From the human T2T-CHM13v2.0 reference genome, Homo sapiens: a stretch of DNA of 64,000 nt. Positions within the stretch are counted from its first letter, which is position 1; the number at the start of each line of letters is the position of its first letter. Below are positions 16,750 through 33,946 of this stretch, piece by piece. The stretch lies in assembly GCF_009914755.1 (NCBI RefSeq), contig NC_060941.1; one strand, 5' to 3'. Both the position numbers and the translations under genes were made by a program. The notes below the pieces were generated by a model. The model had not been told where the DNA came from. It ran no database searches and worked only from the letters and a program-made list of their open reading frames with translations.

Positions 16750-17302
16750 ATAGTATGACACTTCATTTTCTAGGCCAACCTGACTAGGCCACAAGGTGTC
16801 CAGATACTTGTCCAAACATTAATCCGGACATATTTGTGAGGCATTTGGGATGAGGTTGATATGTGTATTGGTGGACTGAGTAAAAAGACTCCTCCCCAGT
16901 ATAGGTGGGCCTCATCCAATCCACTGAACACCTGAATCAACAAAAAGGCAGAATAAGAGGAAGCTCCTCTCGCCTGACTACCTGAGCGTGAGCTGGGATG
17001 TTGGCCTCCTCCAGCCTCCAGACTCGGACTGAAACACTGGCTCTTCCTGAGCCTCGAGTCCACTGGCTTATGAGCTGGAATTTACATCCCTGGCTCTCCT
17101 AGCTCTCAGGCCTTTGGACTTGGACTGGAACCAATATTGGCTGTCCTGGGTCTCCAGCTATTGACTGCAGAGATTAGGACCTCTAAGCCTCCATAATCAC
17201 CTGAATCAATTCCTTCTAATACTTTTCTTCGTATGTAGATATAGATACAGATAACGCACACGCCCTGTTGGTTTTGTTTCTCTAGAGAACACTGACTAAC
17301 AC
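16750..17302 (+). mobile_element. MLT2-type (ERVL) solo LTR
   Basis: Recalled MLT2 hallmarks: ggtgggcctcatccaatcc, ggtggactgagtaaa, 3' end tgtttctctagagaacactgactaacaca. Confidence 0.7.
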
Positions 17303-19662
17303 AAAGACTCAACCTTGGGCTTCCCGTTGGCTGCATATTTGGGCGTGGAAGGCCCAGCGATAAGGCGGTGCCAGAAGCCAGATATCTGAATATCTACAAC
17401 AATTGTCTGATTTGGTCCAGAAGTCCCCCCTGTTCCCAAGGCCCCAGCAGGAAGCCTGGTAGGGGAGGGGACCTGTTTGGCCAAATAAGCACAGCCAAGC
17501 CGCAGAAACCTCGGTCTTTTATTAATAGTGTTTTTAACCAAAACATCCCCAAGTACTCAGGAAGAGGCGTCAGCTCCCTCCAGGCACCCCGTGTAAACAG
17601 CAATCCCTGCAGAGTCCACTAGGTGGGGCCGGTGACCCAGCGGAAAGGGCAGAAACGCTCCCCGAGGAGGGAAGGCAGGTGCGCGGATGGGACCTTTGCC
17701 CGGACGATCCCCAGGCTGGACAAGTGCTCCCTACTCCTGCCTTGCGTGGCTTCTAGTCGATGGTGTAAACATCAACCCTGGGGGCCACAAGCACTTTAGG
17801 GGGCAGTCACTCTAGCATCTCTGGATTTCAAGGTCCTCAAGCCAAGTGAGTCCCTCGTGAGCCACCAAGCAAGACGCACAGCCACCAAGTCAAGTTCTGC
17901 CCCGAAGCCCCGGAGCGCCAGGCGGGGGCATCTGTGCGTGACGCCCGTGATCTGTCTCCCGAGAGAAGGCACCTGCCAGCACCAAAGGAATCGGAAAATC
18001 GACGGACACGGAAACCAGTCATGGTGGTCACGCGACAAGGACAGGGCACAGGGACAGGGAGCAAAGAGGGAGGTGGCGCGGGGACAGGCAGCGGCAAAGA
18101 CCCTGGCCCCACACCGGGATTCCGCAGCATCTTCCTGCAGCTGCTCACAGTGGGGTGAGAGCTGAGTCCCCCCGGGCGGGGCTCTGAGCCCTGCTGTGGT
18201 TTGAGAGCTGAAGGCAGAGATGGGAGCGAGAGTCTTCTCCTCGTTGCTCTCCCCTGGTTGGCCCCCGTTCAGGTCCCTGAACACCTGCTCTGCCTCCTTG
18301 GGTTACTATTTGTACCCTGAGCCCAATGCCTCCAGGAGAACCAGGGCAAAAACCCTGCCCCCGCAGGTCCGAGACGCTTGTCTCTAACCCGCCTCCCGTC
18401 TTAGGGCAGGTCAACAACACACTGACCAACCCCCTCGCCGGCCCCCTTGCCTCCCACCTGCCCCCCGCCAGCCCTTCCCACAGGTGCACGCCTGGACTGC
18501 CGCTAAACTCGGCCTCGGCCTCTGTTGCCATGGCAGCAATGTGGCTTCCCCCAAGTGGGAAGCCCGTTGCCAAGGCCCTTGTTGCCAAAGGCTATAACAG
18601 CCACCCCGGTGTGTGAAGAGGGGTGAGAGCTCTGTGGGGGGTGGAGGGTGGCCGGCGGGGCTGGAAGGAGCAGGGGGTTCTCAAGAATGGGAGGGTTCAG
18701 GCGGCCTCAGCTGGGGTGGGGGGGCACTAGCCCCTGGAGGAAGAAGAGGCAGCCCGTGGCATCTCAGCGACTGCTCCTCTGGGGACGTCAGAAGGCAGGA
18801 CGGAGACCCCCTACAAAACACACCCGGACGAGCAGGACCAAGCAAGGATGGGGCACTCCCACCGCCTCCTGCAACACACACCCCCCACAGAGGACCGGCT
18901 TGGATTCTTCTCCCCCACCAGCTCCAGGCAAACAACCCCCAGAACCTCTGTTTTGCTCGTTCATGTGTCTCCGACACGCACACACGAGCTGCGCTCAGAC
19001 AGCGTCAGTCCCTGTCGCCAGGAACACGTTAATGACAAGGACCGCAAACCCTCCACAGTTTCTATCCCTGGCCTGTCTCAGAGCACATACTTAATATTCC
19101 TTCTACAATGCTTCTCTCTGGAGCAGAACTCTTGTCTCTGTCAACAAGGAGAGGTGGATGCCATCAGAGTTTGTTCCCTTCCAGAGTGAACAGAGGAGGG
19201 CTGGAGCGGGCAGCTCATTGCACCCACAGGGAGCACCAGGCCCAGGCTGGCTTTGCGGGAGCAGCATCTGAACACCTGGAGCCCACGGGCCACGCATGCA
19301 GCCACTGCCTGGCCTGGGTGCAGAGGGGAGGAGAGCCTGGTCCTCTCCTGGGTCCTCTGGAGGAGACAGGCTAACAGGGGAAAGCTGAAAGAGGCACGGA
19401 GGGGTCTGGGAGGCCTGGGGAGCAGACGGCTAGTAGACGGGGAGAGACAGGGGCGGCAGCGTTGGCAAAGCAGGTGGGGAGGGAAGCCCGAGCCTGAGAG
19501 GGGTCCAGGGCCAGGACGAGATGACGAGGCACCAAGAACGGCCAGGTCCAAACGTCTCCAGTCCCAATCTCTCGAGACCAACCCAAGCAGGGCCTGGCCC
19601 ACGATGCCCAGGCCTTCCCGTCACCCCTCCCCAAACCCAGAAAGAAAAGCCGGTGTACCTAC

Positions 19663-19847
19663 CCCAGGAGCCAGTCCCTCAGGTGGAGTCGGGGAGACGC
19701 CATCCCCCCCGCCCTGGCTGCGGGCGCTGAGCTGCGGGGACATGGTGGGCGACTCATCGATGTACGGCATGGTCTCTGAGCCCTCCGGGGGCCCCTTCTG
19801 CTCCTCATTCCCCTCTCCGTCGTACTCGTCCGTCCCGTAGCTGAAGT
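19663..19847 (-). CDS. ABR: ABR exon 2 (185 nt internal coding exon)
   Basis: Acceptor ctttcttgttccttgtctcAG| then AC TTC AGC TAC... encoding (N)[61 protein letters not shown], donor GGG|GTAGGT. Recognised ABR sequence (MPYIDESP motif related to BCR). Phase 1 in, phase 0 out. Confidence 0.95.
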
Positions 19848-19944
19848 CTGAGACAAGGAACAAGAAAGGCCACTGAGAATCCTCCACCAGAGCTGCCAGG
19901 GACTGGTAGCGTAGTGGGCGCCGGCGGCGGCCCCCGGCAGCCAT
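19663..19944 (-). CDS. ABR: Candidate 5'-extended exon 2 used as a first coding exon ([33 protein letters not shown]...)
   Basis: ggggccATGG (strong Kozak) at 19944, in frame with exon 2 with no stop; 282 nt = 94 codons; promoter-like motifs about 300 bp upstream. Confidence 0.6.
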
Positions 19945-20290
19945 GGCCCCGGCCGCACCATCCACGCCTGGCCCGGGCGGGGGCTGTGCGGGGGCCTGGG
20001 CCTGGTGAGGGGCGGGGGAGAGCCAGCAGGCACCGGGCCCTGCCCGCTCCGGGGCTGCTGGGAGGCGGGGAGGAGCGGCTCTGCTGTTGCTACCCGATGA
20101 AGAGCATGTCAGCCGCGTATTTCAAGCTGCTGTTTTCTTTGCCTTCTGCCTAATTCCAAGTGTAAAAATTAACAGTGGGAGCAAGAGGCAGGACGCTTCC
20201 AACTCTCCTCTCTGAGTCACCATTTTGCTTTTTATAGGGAATAAGGAGGTGGGGGGGGCCGGTCGATGTCACTTCCTGTGGCCCTCCTCC
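19945..20290 (-). promoter_or_regulatory. Candidate promoter/5'UTR upstream of exon 2
   Basis: Minus-strand TATAAAAA at 20229-20236, AP-1 TGAGTCA at 20213-20219, ETS-like CACTTCCTG near 20270, CpG-rich 19900-20080. Confidence 0.5.
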
Positions 20291-21700
20291 TTGGGTACCA
20301 TTTGTACTGAGCCCACTCCCTCCAGGGGTCCAGGGCAGGTTCTGGAGTGTGGGAGGGGAGCCCTCAGCCCTCAGAACAAGGCCCCGCACGGAGGACGGAG
20401 CCCAAGGCAGCAGGGCGTGGGCGAGGAGGCTGTGCCCAGGCCTGGCAGGGACAGGGGCTCACAGCAGACTCCTCGGAGCCGGTGCTTATTTCTATCACCC
20501 CAGTGTGGGCTTCCTTCAAAGGAGGAGGGAAGGAAAGGCGACCGGGAAGTTGAGCCGCATTAACCCCCCAGGGCTGCCAGCACCACTTGGGCTCCAGAGC
20601 CCAGGCACGGAGCCCACCCACCTTGGGAGGGGAGGCTGAGCCAGTGCAGCGAGCGGGGTGTGCAGGTCAGCAGCTCAGGGCTTCACATTTTCCAAAAGGG
20701 TTACGAGGGCGGCCTCGGAAAGGCCCCTGCGTCCAGCCCCACCAGCATGGCTATAGGAGGGACCCTCCCACAAACCGGCCCCTGCCCCTTGGCCTGTTTG
20801 CTCCCCAGCTCTGACCCACCACGACTGGCAACGGAGAACGTGGCAGTGTTGCTCCCGAGGGCTGTGGTGGACCTCCTTGGGCTGGGGCCGCCAGCGGGGG
20901 GTGGACACCCCTCTCACACTCATCGCAGAGCAGGGGTAAGCTTCAGCACTCGTGCGGGCCAGCGGGAGCTGGCACCGCAGGGCGTCCTGGAGACACGAAG
21001 ATCACCGTGCCGGCAGCCTTGGGGCCAGCAGGAGCCTCCTACGCACCGGACTGCCCAGTGGCGGCGTCCGCTTGTTAAACCTCCCCGGGTATCTTCCGGG
21101 CGGGACTCCCTGGCCAGGCATCTTCGGATCTCGCACAGTGTGATGGGGGAGGCTGGCTGAGCCTGCCCTGCCATCTGCCCAGACATCCTTTCCTCCAGGT
21201 CACCCTCCCCATGGCACCTGGCCCCCTGGCACCTTAGTGAATCCTGCCCCTTTGTCCTTGAGCCCCTGGGGCAGGAGGTGAGCATCTGAGTCATCACTGT
21301 ACGCCAGCACCCACAACCCCACCTGTGGCAGGCTCTCGGGGAAAGTGCGTGGAGCGAATGAATGAGCAGAGGATAGCACCGTCTGTCTCAGGTCTGAGGC
21401 TTCAGCCAAGTCCCAGCCAGCCAAGTTCTCCACGGGGGCCCCAGCTCTTCCCTCCTCTGTCACAACACACCAGCCCACAGGCAACCAGCAGCTGGAGAAT
21501 GGTGTCAACAGGTCACCGGGACGCCTGGCCGTGGCCACACTCTGCCCAATCTGGCCTTTTGGCAGCCGAGCGCTTCCCCTAGGCTCGCTGCACCTGCTTC
21601 TGTCGGCTGCCTCTCCTCGTCCCTGAGCCAATGCCCCATTCAGCTGCCAGGGGACATGGACTAGTTTTTTCCCTAGACAGGGTTGTGTATGAAGAACCAC

Positions 21701-21856
21701 AGGACCCAGGGATGCCCCATCACTGAGATGAGTGTACACCACACACCCGGGCAGGACCCAGGGATGCCCCATCACTGAGACGCGTGTACGCCACGTACCT
21801 GGGCAGGACCCAGGATGCCCTCCCACTGAGATGTGTGTAGGCCACGCACCTAGGAC
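21701..21856. repeat. 52 bp diverged tandem repeat, 3 copies
   Basis: aggacccagggatgccccatcactgaga...gtgta..ccac..acc.ggc three times. Confidence 0.85.
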
Positions 21857-22889
21857 ATAAGGCCCAGTGCCCTGGAGACCATGACACTTGTGTCTGTGGC
21901 TGAAGGGATGTGAAATGACTCTGGTCCTTCCAGGGGGAGGAGGAAGAGGCACAGCGGCACCCAGCTGGCCTGAGTCTGGGTCCGTGAAGGGCCTGGCCGT
22001 TTGGTGACACCCCCTCACTCTGGAGAAGCACAGGAGGGGATGGAAGGCAGCCTCCCGCCGGCCCCTCCCTCCTCCCTCCTCCTCTCCAGGAGGCTCCAGG
22101 CTGCCCTGTTGGTGCCTGGAGTCCAGGGAAAACAAGCAATAGTGGACCGCGGCTTTGCCCACAGTTTAGATTCCAGCCGGCCAAGCAGACTCTCCTGTAC
22201 ACTGACCAATTCCCAGGGGTCGCAGGAATGGACCCCACACACTTGGGAGATCGTCCAAGATCAACGGGGGGGAAGGGACGGTAGGGAAGGTCTCTGCCAG
22301 TCTCCCCACATGCACAGTTCATCCTGATCAGAGCAGAGGACCACGGGCCCTGCCATCCCCTGCTCCTTCCAGCCTGGATGTTCCGCGGGGAGGCAGTTCT
22401 TATTTTTCCCAATTTACATACAATTGCCGAAGATCACAGGATCAGAACCCAGGTCTCAAATGCCCTCCCTTTCCCTCTGAATCTCACTCCAAAGAAGTCC
22501 CCTTCCATATCCCTCCTGGTTAAGGGGGGCTGACCATGGAGCTGAACGCAGGGGGCCTGAGGACAGGGTGCTGGTGGGCGGAGGCCCAGGGGTGGCGAAA
22601 GGGCTCGGCCTGCGAACATTTCCAGGGCCTTCCCCTTTCATTTCTGCCCCCACAAAACCATGAGAGCCCAGGAGACTCCAACCAGGAAAAGGGGTACAGA
22701 AAAGATGGGGAAACCAATCCTCGGAGAAGGCAGGAACCCTGGGGGAGGAAGATGGGGACCTACTGAGCACAGGCTTCAGTCTCCGACGGCCACAGGTGGG
22801 TATGCTGAGCAGACAGCGGCTTGGGCACCAGATCTCAAAAAAGAAGAAAAGGCAGACAAGGCAAAGGCTGCTGGCAGCCAATATCCATT

Positions 22890-23436
22890 TCCCCGCTGAC
22901 TAACAGAAATCCTACTGTATTCGGAGCGGCAGTGCACCCAGCAGCTAGTTCAAAGACACCTTTCCTGATGGTGTGAGCCATATGATTACGTTCTAGACAA
23001 CAAGATGTTACAGGGATATGTGTGGAACTTGCAGGAAGCTGCTGGAAGAGACTGATTTAGCCGAAAGGTACACTATCCACACTGCCCTTGTTCCTCCTTC
23101 TGTTGCTGGTTTGGAGAGTTGATGGGATGGCTGGAGCCCCAGCAGCCATCCTGAACCATGAGGTGAGCTGAGGATAGAAGCCACCACTGAAGACAGCTGA
23201 GCAGAAAGCTGGGAGTCCAGGTCACTGAGGGCACAGTGGAGCCCACCCCAGGAAGGTCTACCTCGGGACGTTTTCACAAGCTGGGAGTCCAGGTCACTGA
23301 GGGCACAGTGGAGCCCACCCCAGGAAGGTCTACCTCGGGACGTTTTTACATAAAAGAAAGAAAAAGTGCCAAATGCAATTTGAGCCTCTGTTACTTGGTT
23401 TTTCTATTATCTGCAGTCAAACCTAAGGTAACTGAC
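22890..23436 (+). mobile_element. Old MaLR (MLT1-type) LTR with an internal 72 bp tandem duplication
   Basis: gatggctggagccccagcagccatcctgaaccatgag motif and MLT1-like 3' end; near-perfect 72-bp duplication at 23206-23346. Confidence 0.6.
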
Positions 23437-23554
23437 CCAGGTGATCTTCCCTGACGTCCCCGCTTCGGTGCTTTTCCTCTGACTGTCACCGTCCTTCTCA
23501 GGCTCCTTGGTGAAATCTTCTTTCTCTACCCATCCCTTAAAAATTGCTGTTCCC

Positions 23555-23924
<370 letters not shown>

Positions 23925-24137
23925 TCAAGACTCCGTCTCAAAAAAACAAAAACAAAAACAAGAACAAAAAAAGATTCATGCACTTCAGCAAATGTTGGGC
24001 TCCAGTGAGTGACATGCTGGAGTGAAGTGTACAACTCTCTGCAACTTACTCCGAAATACATAAAAAATAAGATGGGCTGAACGCGGTGGCTCACACCTGT
24101 AATCCCAGCACTTTGGGAGGCCGAGGCAGGTGGATCA

Positions 24138-24525
<388 letters not shown>

Positions 24526-24990
24526 TTACAATTGTTCATGATAAAATGGTGGTGGTGGCAGGGACTGGTACTCGCCAGCTTCCATCAACCTCGCATCACC
24601 TTCCTCTCCCGAATTGTGTTCCTGCTCCCGGAAGAAGTCAGGTCTGCAGACTCCTGGGCATCTCCACCTTTAGGAGCCTCAAACGCAGCCTTTTCCCAAA
24701 GACCACACACGTAGGGAACCTGGGAGCCATTCTAGATGCCTCCACATTCCCGCCCCTCATCTCCTGCACTGTGAGGCATCCCCCCTCCTCCCCACCCTCA
24801 CCAACTCTTACAAGGACAATTCCAGCACCCTCCCCACAGCAGCCGGGTCACAAATCAGACCGTGTTGCCCCCCATTCACTTAGGGACACAGCCCCGCTCC
24901 TCAGCTCAAGGCCCTTTGTGGTCTGCACCTGCTCCACCTCTCCAGGGTCCTATTCTCCTGCCCTGTGACATCGGACTCCTTCTAGCTCCC

Positions 24991-25420
24991 TGCGGTGGGT
25001 TCAGTAGTGGCCCCCCCACAAGGTATGTCCAGATTCTAATTCCTGGGACCTGGGAATGTGACCTTATTTGGAAAACATTCTTTGTAGATGTGAATAAATG
25101 AAGGGTCTCAAGATGAGATCATTGTCGATTAACCGATGGGTCCTAAATCCAATGCTGTGTCCCTATGGAAAGAGAAAGGGGGAAAACACAGACAGAAGAG
25201 AAGACAGAGGCAAGGTTTGGACTGGGGCTGCCACCAACCAAGGAATGCCTGGAGCCACCAGACACTGAAAGAGGGGAGTAAGTGGGAACTCTGCCCCGGC
25301 AGCCTGGGGAGGGGCTGGGACTTTGATTTCAGACTTCTGGTCTTCAGACTGCGAGAGCATCGATTTCTGCTGTTCTAAGCCATCAAGTTCATGGCAATCT
25401 CTAATGGCAGCATTAAGCCA
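24991..25420 (+). mobile_element. MaLR LTR (MLT1A-C type)
   Basis: gaatgtgaccttatttggaaa...ctttgtagatgt...gatgagatcat...aaggaatgcctggagccacca...ttgatttcagacttctgg. Confidence 0.8.
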
Positions 25421-26361
25421 CAAATGCAGCGCCTGACACGCACACAGCTCTCCCCTTTGCACACCAAATGCAGTGCCTGCCACGCACACAGCTCGCCCCT
25501 TTGCACACCAAATGCAGTGCCTGCCACGCGCACAGCTCCCCCCTCTTTGCACACCAAATGCAGTGCCTGCCACGCGCACAGCTCCCCCCTTTGCACACCA
25601 AATGCAGTGCCTGCCACGCACACAGCTCCCCCCTCTTTGCACACCAAATGCAGTGCCTGCCACGCACACAGCTCCCCCCTTTGCACACCAAATGCAGTGC
25701 CTGACACGCACACAGCTCCCCCCTTTGCACACCAAATGCAGTGCCTGACACGCACACAGCTCCCCCCTTTGCACACCAAATGCAGTGCCTGCCACGCGCA
25801 CAGCTCCCCCCTCTTTGCACACCAAATGCAGTGCCTGCCACACGCACAGCTCCCCCCTTTGCACACCAAATGCAGTGCCTGCCACGCACAGCTCCCCCCT
25901 CTTTGCACACCAAATGCAGTGCCTGACACGCACACAGCTCCCCCCTTTGCACACCAAATGCAGTGCCTGACACGCACACAGCTCCCCCCTTTGCACACCA
26001 AATGCAGTGCCTGACACGCACACAGCTCCCCCCTTTGCACACCAAATGCAGTGCCTGCCACGCGCAGAGCTCCCCCCTCTTTGCACACCAAATGCAGTGC
26101 CTGCCACGCGCACAGCTCCCCCCCTTTGCACACCAAATGCAGTGCCTGCCACGCGCACAGCTCCCCCCTTTGCACACCAAATGCAGTGCCTGCCACGCGC
26201 ACAGCTCCCCCCTCTTTGCACACCAAATGCAGTGCCTGCCACGCGCACAGCTCCCCCCTCTTTGCACACCAAATGCAGTGCCTGCCACGCGCACAGCTCC
26301 CCCCTCTTTGCACACCAAATGCAGTGCCTGCCACGCACACAGCTCCCCCCTCTTTGCACAC
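25421..26361. repeat. 44-46 bp VNTR, about 21 copies
   Basis: Unit caaatgcagtgcctg(c/a)cacgc(a/g)cacagctcccccc(tc)tttgcacac. Confidence 0.98.
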
Positions 26362-26676
26362 ACTGCTCCCGTGCCTAGAAAACCCTCCTTGCTGGGCGCG
26401 GTGGCTCACGCCTGTCATCCCATCACTATGATGTGGGGCATCCTCCAAGGCAGGAGGATCACTTGAGCCCAGGAGTTTGAGACCAGCCTGGCCAACATAA
26501 GGAGACTCTGTCTCTATGAACACACACACACACAAAGACACGCACACACACACATACACATATATATATACCTCTCCTTACCCCTTGTCCACCTGGTGAA
26601 ATCCTGTTTTGCCCTCAAATCTGCCTCATCTGTGCCCTCTCCCAGGAACTTTCCTGTATTCTACATATTATGATAA

Positions 26677-26929
<253 letters not shown>

Positions 26930-26994
26930 TGATCCACCCACCTCGGCCTCCCAAAGTGCTGGGATTACAGGCGTGAGCCACCACACCTGGCCAA

Positions 26995-27960
26995 TAAAGC
27001 ACTTTTACAAGCCAATGAGAAAAGATGAAAACCTCAACTTTCTAAATGTGTAAGGGAAATGAACAGAAAATTTAAAAGAGAACTACAAATATTCAAAATG
27101 TATTAAAAAGAATGTTAACCTCATTTGTAATGAAAGAAAATGTAAAGTTCTATATAGTTTTCACTGTTCGTGTCAAATTGGCAAGGATTTTAAGATAATA
27201 ATAACAATATCCAGAGCTGTCAGGGCATAGGTACTCACAGAAACTCTTGGAGGCTGCCTATAACTGGCACAACTTTGGCTGGGCACAGTGGCTCACGCCT
27301 GTAACCCCAGGTCTTTGGGAGGCCGAAGTGGACGGATCACCTGAGGTCAGGAGTTCGAGACCAGGCTGACCCACACGGAGAAACCCCATCTCTACTAAAA
27401 TACAAAATTAGCCAGGCGTGGTAGCACATGCCTATAATCCCAGCTACTTGGGAAGGCTGAGGCAGGATAATCGCTTGAACCTGGGAGGTGGAGGTTGCGG
27501 TGAGCCAAGATCACAACATTGCTCTCCAGCCTTGGCAGCAAGAGCAAAACTCCGTCTCGAAAAAAAAAAAAAAAGTTGGCCCAACTTTTCTAGAGTCAAT
27601 CTGGTAACTGGTATCAAAAGGTTTAGTGGTTGGTACAGTTTATACCCAGCGTAATAAGATTATGATCTATGATACTAGTTATAAATGAACATAAAAATAA
27701 AGTTGTAAGTCACAGGGCTGTCTGTAAGTGTGAAATATTAAAAACAACCTGAATTATGAGACTGGTTGAGTCAATTATGGTTTTTCTACAAGATGGGCTG
27801 CTATATAGCATTAAAAACTATATGGATGATGAATAGCATCTTATCAAGTGCAAAAAGAGATTAATAACAATAATTAAAGTATGTTACAATGTCTGAAAAA
27901 AGTAAAAACATACGTGCATAGAAAAAAGACTGGAAGGCTACAACACAAAATCATTAGAGC
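26995..27960 (+). mobile_element. Ancient L1 (L1M/L1ME) 3' fragments interrupted by an Alu
   Basis: A-rich, AT-rich segment with L1-like motifs (aaattggcaaggatttt, gaaatattaaaaacaacctgaa, aaaaagactggaagg). Confidence 0.55.
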
Positions 27961-28376
27961 CTTCCGATTCTGGAAATTTTGAAAAAATTAATGTACGGTC
28001 TCTGCGCTCTAGGGCACTGGCAGACACCCGACACCCGTCTTCCCTTCTTCCTTGCTTACTCTACCCTCGTTTTCTAGGAAGTGGCAACAGACCAGTCCCA
28101 GGCAAGATACCCGCTTTCTCTGCCTCTCTCATTACCAGGAACGGCTGCCCTACACCATTCTGGCCACTGAGACCCAAGTGAAGCATGCTGGGACCTCTGG
28201 CAAGGCCCTGACTTTGATGATTACAAAGAGACGTTTTGCCTTGAACTCATGGGTGATGATTGGAGTTACGGTGGCTTTACTGCTGCCACCAGGAACATGT
28301 CAAGAAAGAACAGAGGCCGGGCGCGTGGCTCATGCCTGTCATCCCAGCAATTTGGGAGGCCAAGGCGGGCAGATCA

Positions 28377-28640
<264 letters not shown>

Positions 28641-29905
28641 TCACTTGAACCCAGGAGGCAGAGGTTGCAGTGAGCTGAGATTGTAGCACTGCACTCCAGC
28701 CGGGGCAACAGAGCAAGACTCCCTCTCAAAAAAATAAAAATTAATTAATTAAATTAAATTAAATAAATAAAAGAACAGAGCCATTTCCCTCATGCTGTTC
28801 AGCTGAGCCACACTAGGAAGAGCCTGTCTCATTTCCTGCTCATGGGAAATACAAGTCCCTATATATTGGGTTTTCTGCTGCTTACAATGAACACATTTCC
28901 AAATGATATCCTCACAGCCCAGAGAGGAAGCGAGTCCAATCAGCAATCAAATCTCCGAGATGCTACGACAGAGGCCTCAAAGGCCCGGCAAGGCAGACCG
29001 GAGGGTGTGGGCAACACTTGGGGAGGGGAGGTGGCTGGGGAGGCTTTGGTGCCACGCTAAGGAAGACAGTTCATCGCTGTGGCTGAGAGCAGGGACCCTG
29101 CGGTCCGGCAGCGGAGGTTCCAGCCCACGCTCTGGCACTTCCTAACCTCTCTGTGCCTCCGAGGAGTGCCTGGCACAGGGCGGCTGCTACTAAATGGATA
29201 CGGGTTTAGCAAATCCGTGTGAAACGGGGGACGACACAGGATCAAGTGCACGGGCCGCTGCGGGGGTTAAACTGGATGACACGCATACAGCACTTAGCAC
29301 ATAGGAAGCACCCAATCCATCTCAGCTGCTATTATTAATGTTATTAATTGGATCTTGAAAGCTGTGTGGGTGCCTGCCAGGCGGGTGGGGGACAGGAGCA
29401 GAGTTTCAGGCGGTGAGAGGAGGCTTGGCAGTGGCACCCAGTGGGAAACAGCAGGGCCCCTGGAGGGGACTATAAATAGCCAGGAGGGCTAGAACACAGA
29501 GTGAGCAGAGGGGGAGAGGGCCGTGCTGGAGAGGAGGCAGGGACTTGCTCCTGAGAGCCTCGTGAGCTGAGCCGAGAGCCGTGCAGGACTCAGTGAGGAT
29601 GGGTGACCTGGCCCATGATCCTCTGCAGGCTCTTGCCGGCCACATCATTGCTGAATATTGCTAACTTTATTTTTTATTCTTTTTCTTTTTTTCTTTTTTT
29701 TTTTTTTTTGAGACAGAGTTTCACTCTTGTTGCCCAGGCTGGAGCGACACCCTCCAGCCTGTCGCAAGGGTGATACAGAGGCTGACTGTTAAGTGATAAA
29801 CTTATTTTCTGCCCAAGAATTGAGGATGGGAATGAGAGAGGGAAGAGCAGCTGAGGGAGCCCAGCCCTGACCATTATTCCACCAAAGCTGCATCAAAAGT
29901 CTTCA

Positions 29906-30283
<378 letters not shown>

Positions 30284-30324
30284 CTATTTCTGTGAAGAAT
30301 ACCATTGTTTGAGCATTATTCCTA

Positions 30325-32145
<1,821 letters not shown>

Positions 32146-32167
32146 GCACCGCAGGAGGCTATTTACT

Positions 32168-32538
<371 letters not shown>

Positions 32539-33124
32539 ATACAAAGCTCAAGAACAGGCGAAACAAATGGATGGTGATAGAAGTCCATGGCAGTGGCTTT
32601 CTGGGGGTGGACGACGGGGACAGGGAGTGTTGGCTGGGAAGGGGCAGGAAGCAACTTTCCAGGACACTGAAGATGTTCCATATCTTGATCTGGGTGTTAG
32701 TTACACAAGCAGACATATGGAAATATTCACCAAGCTCTATGCTTAAGACTGGTGCACTTGAAAAGCTTTTTTTTGTTTTTTGATTTTTGTTCTTTGTTTT
32801 TTTTAGAGACAGAGTCTCGCTCTGTTGCCCAGGCTGGAGTGCAGTGGCACAAACATAGCTCATTGCAGCCTCAAACTCCTGGGCTCAGATGATCCCCCTG
32901 CCTCAGCCTCCCAAGTAGCTGAGACCACAGGCATGCACAACCATGCCTGGCTGATTCGAAAAAGTTTTTGTAGACACAGGGTCTTGCTATGTGGGCCGGG
33001 CTGGTCTTGAACTCCTGGCCTCAAAGAGTCCTCCACTTTGGCCTCCCAAAGTGCTGGGATTATAGGCATGAGCCACCACACTCTGCCTGAAAAACTTCTT
33101 AAAAATTTAAAATCTAAGTTGTAC

Positions 33125-33946
<822 letters not shown>

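Noticed and set aside
25163-26559. Cys/His-rich 300-400 aa ORFs resembling zinc fingers or keratin-associated proteins
   Set aside because: They are translations of the 44-46 bp VNTR, cycling through all frames, with no splice or promoter support.
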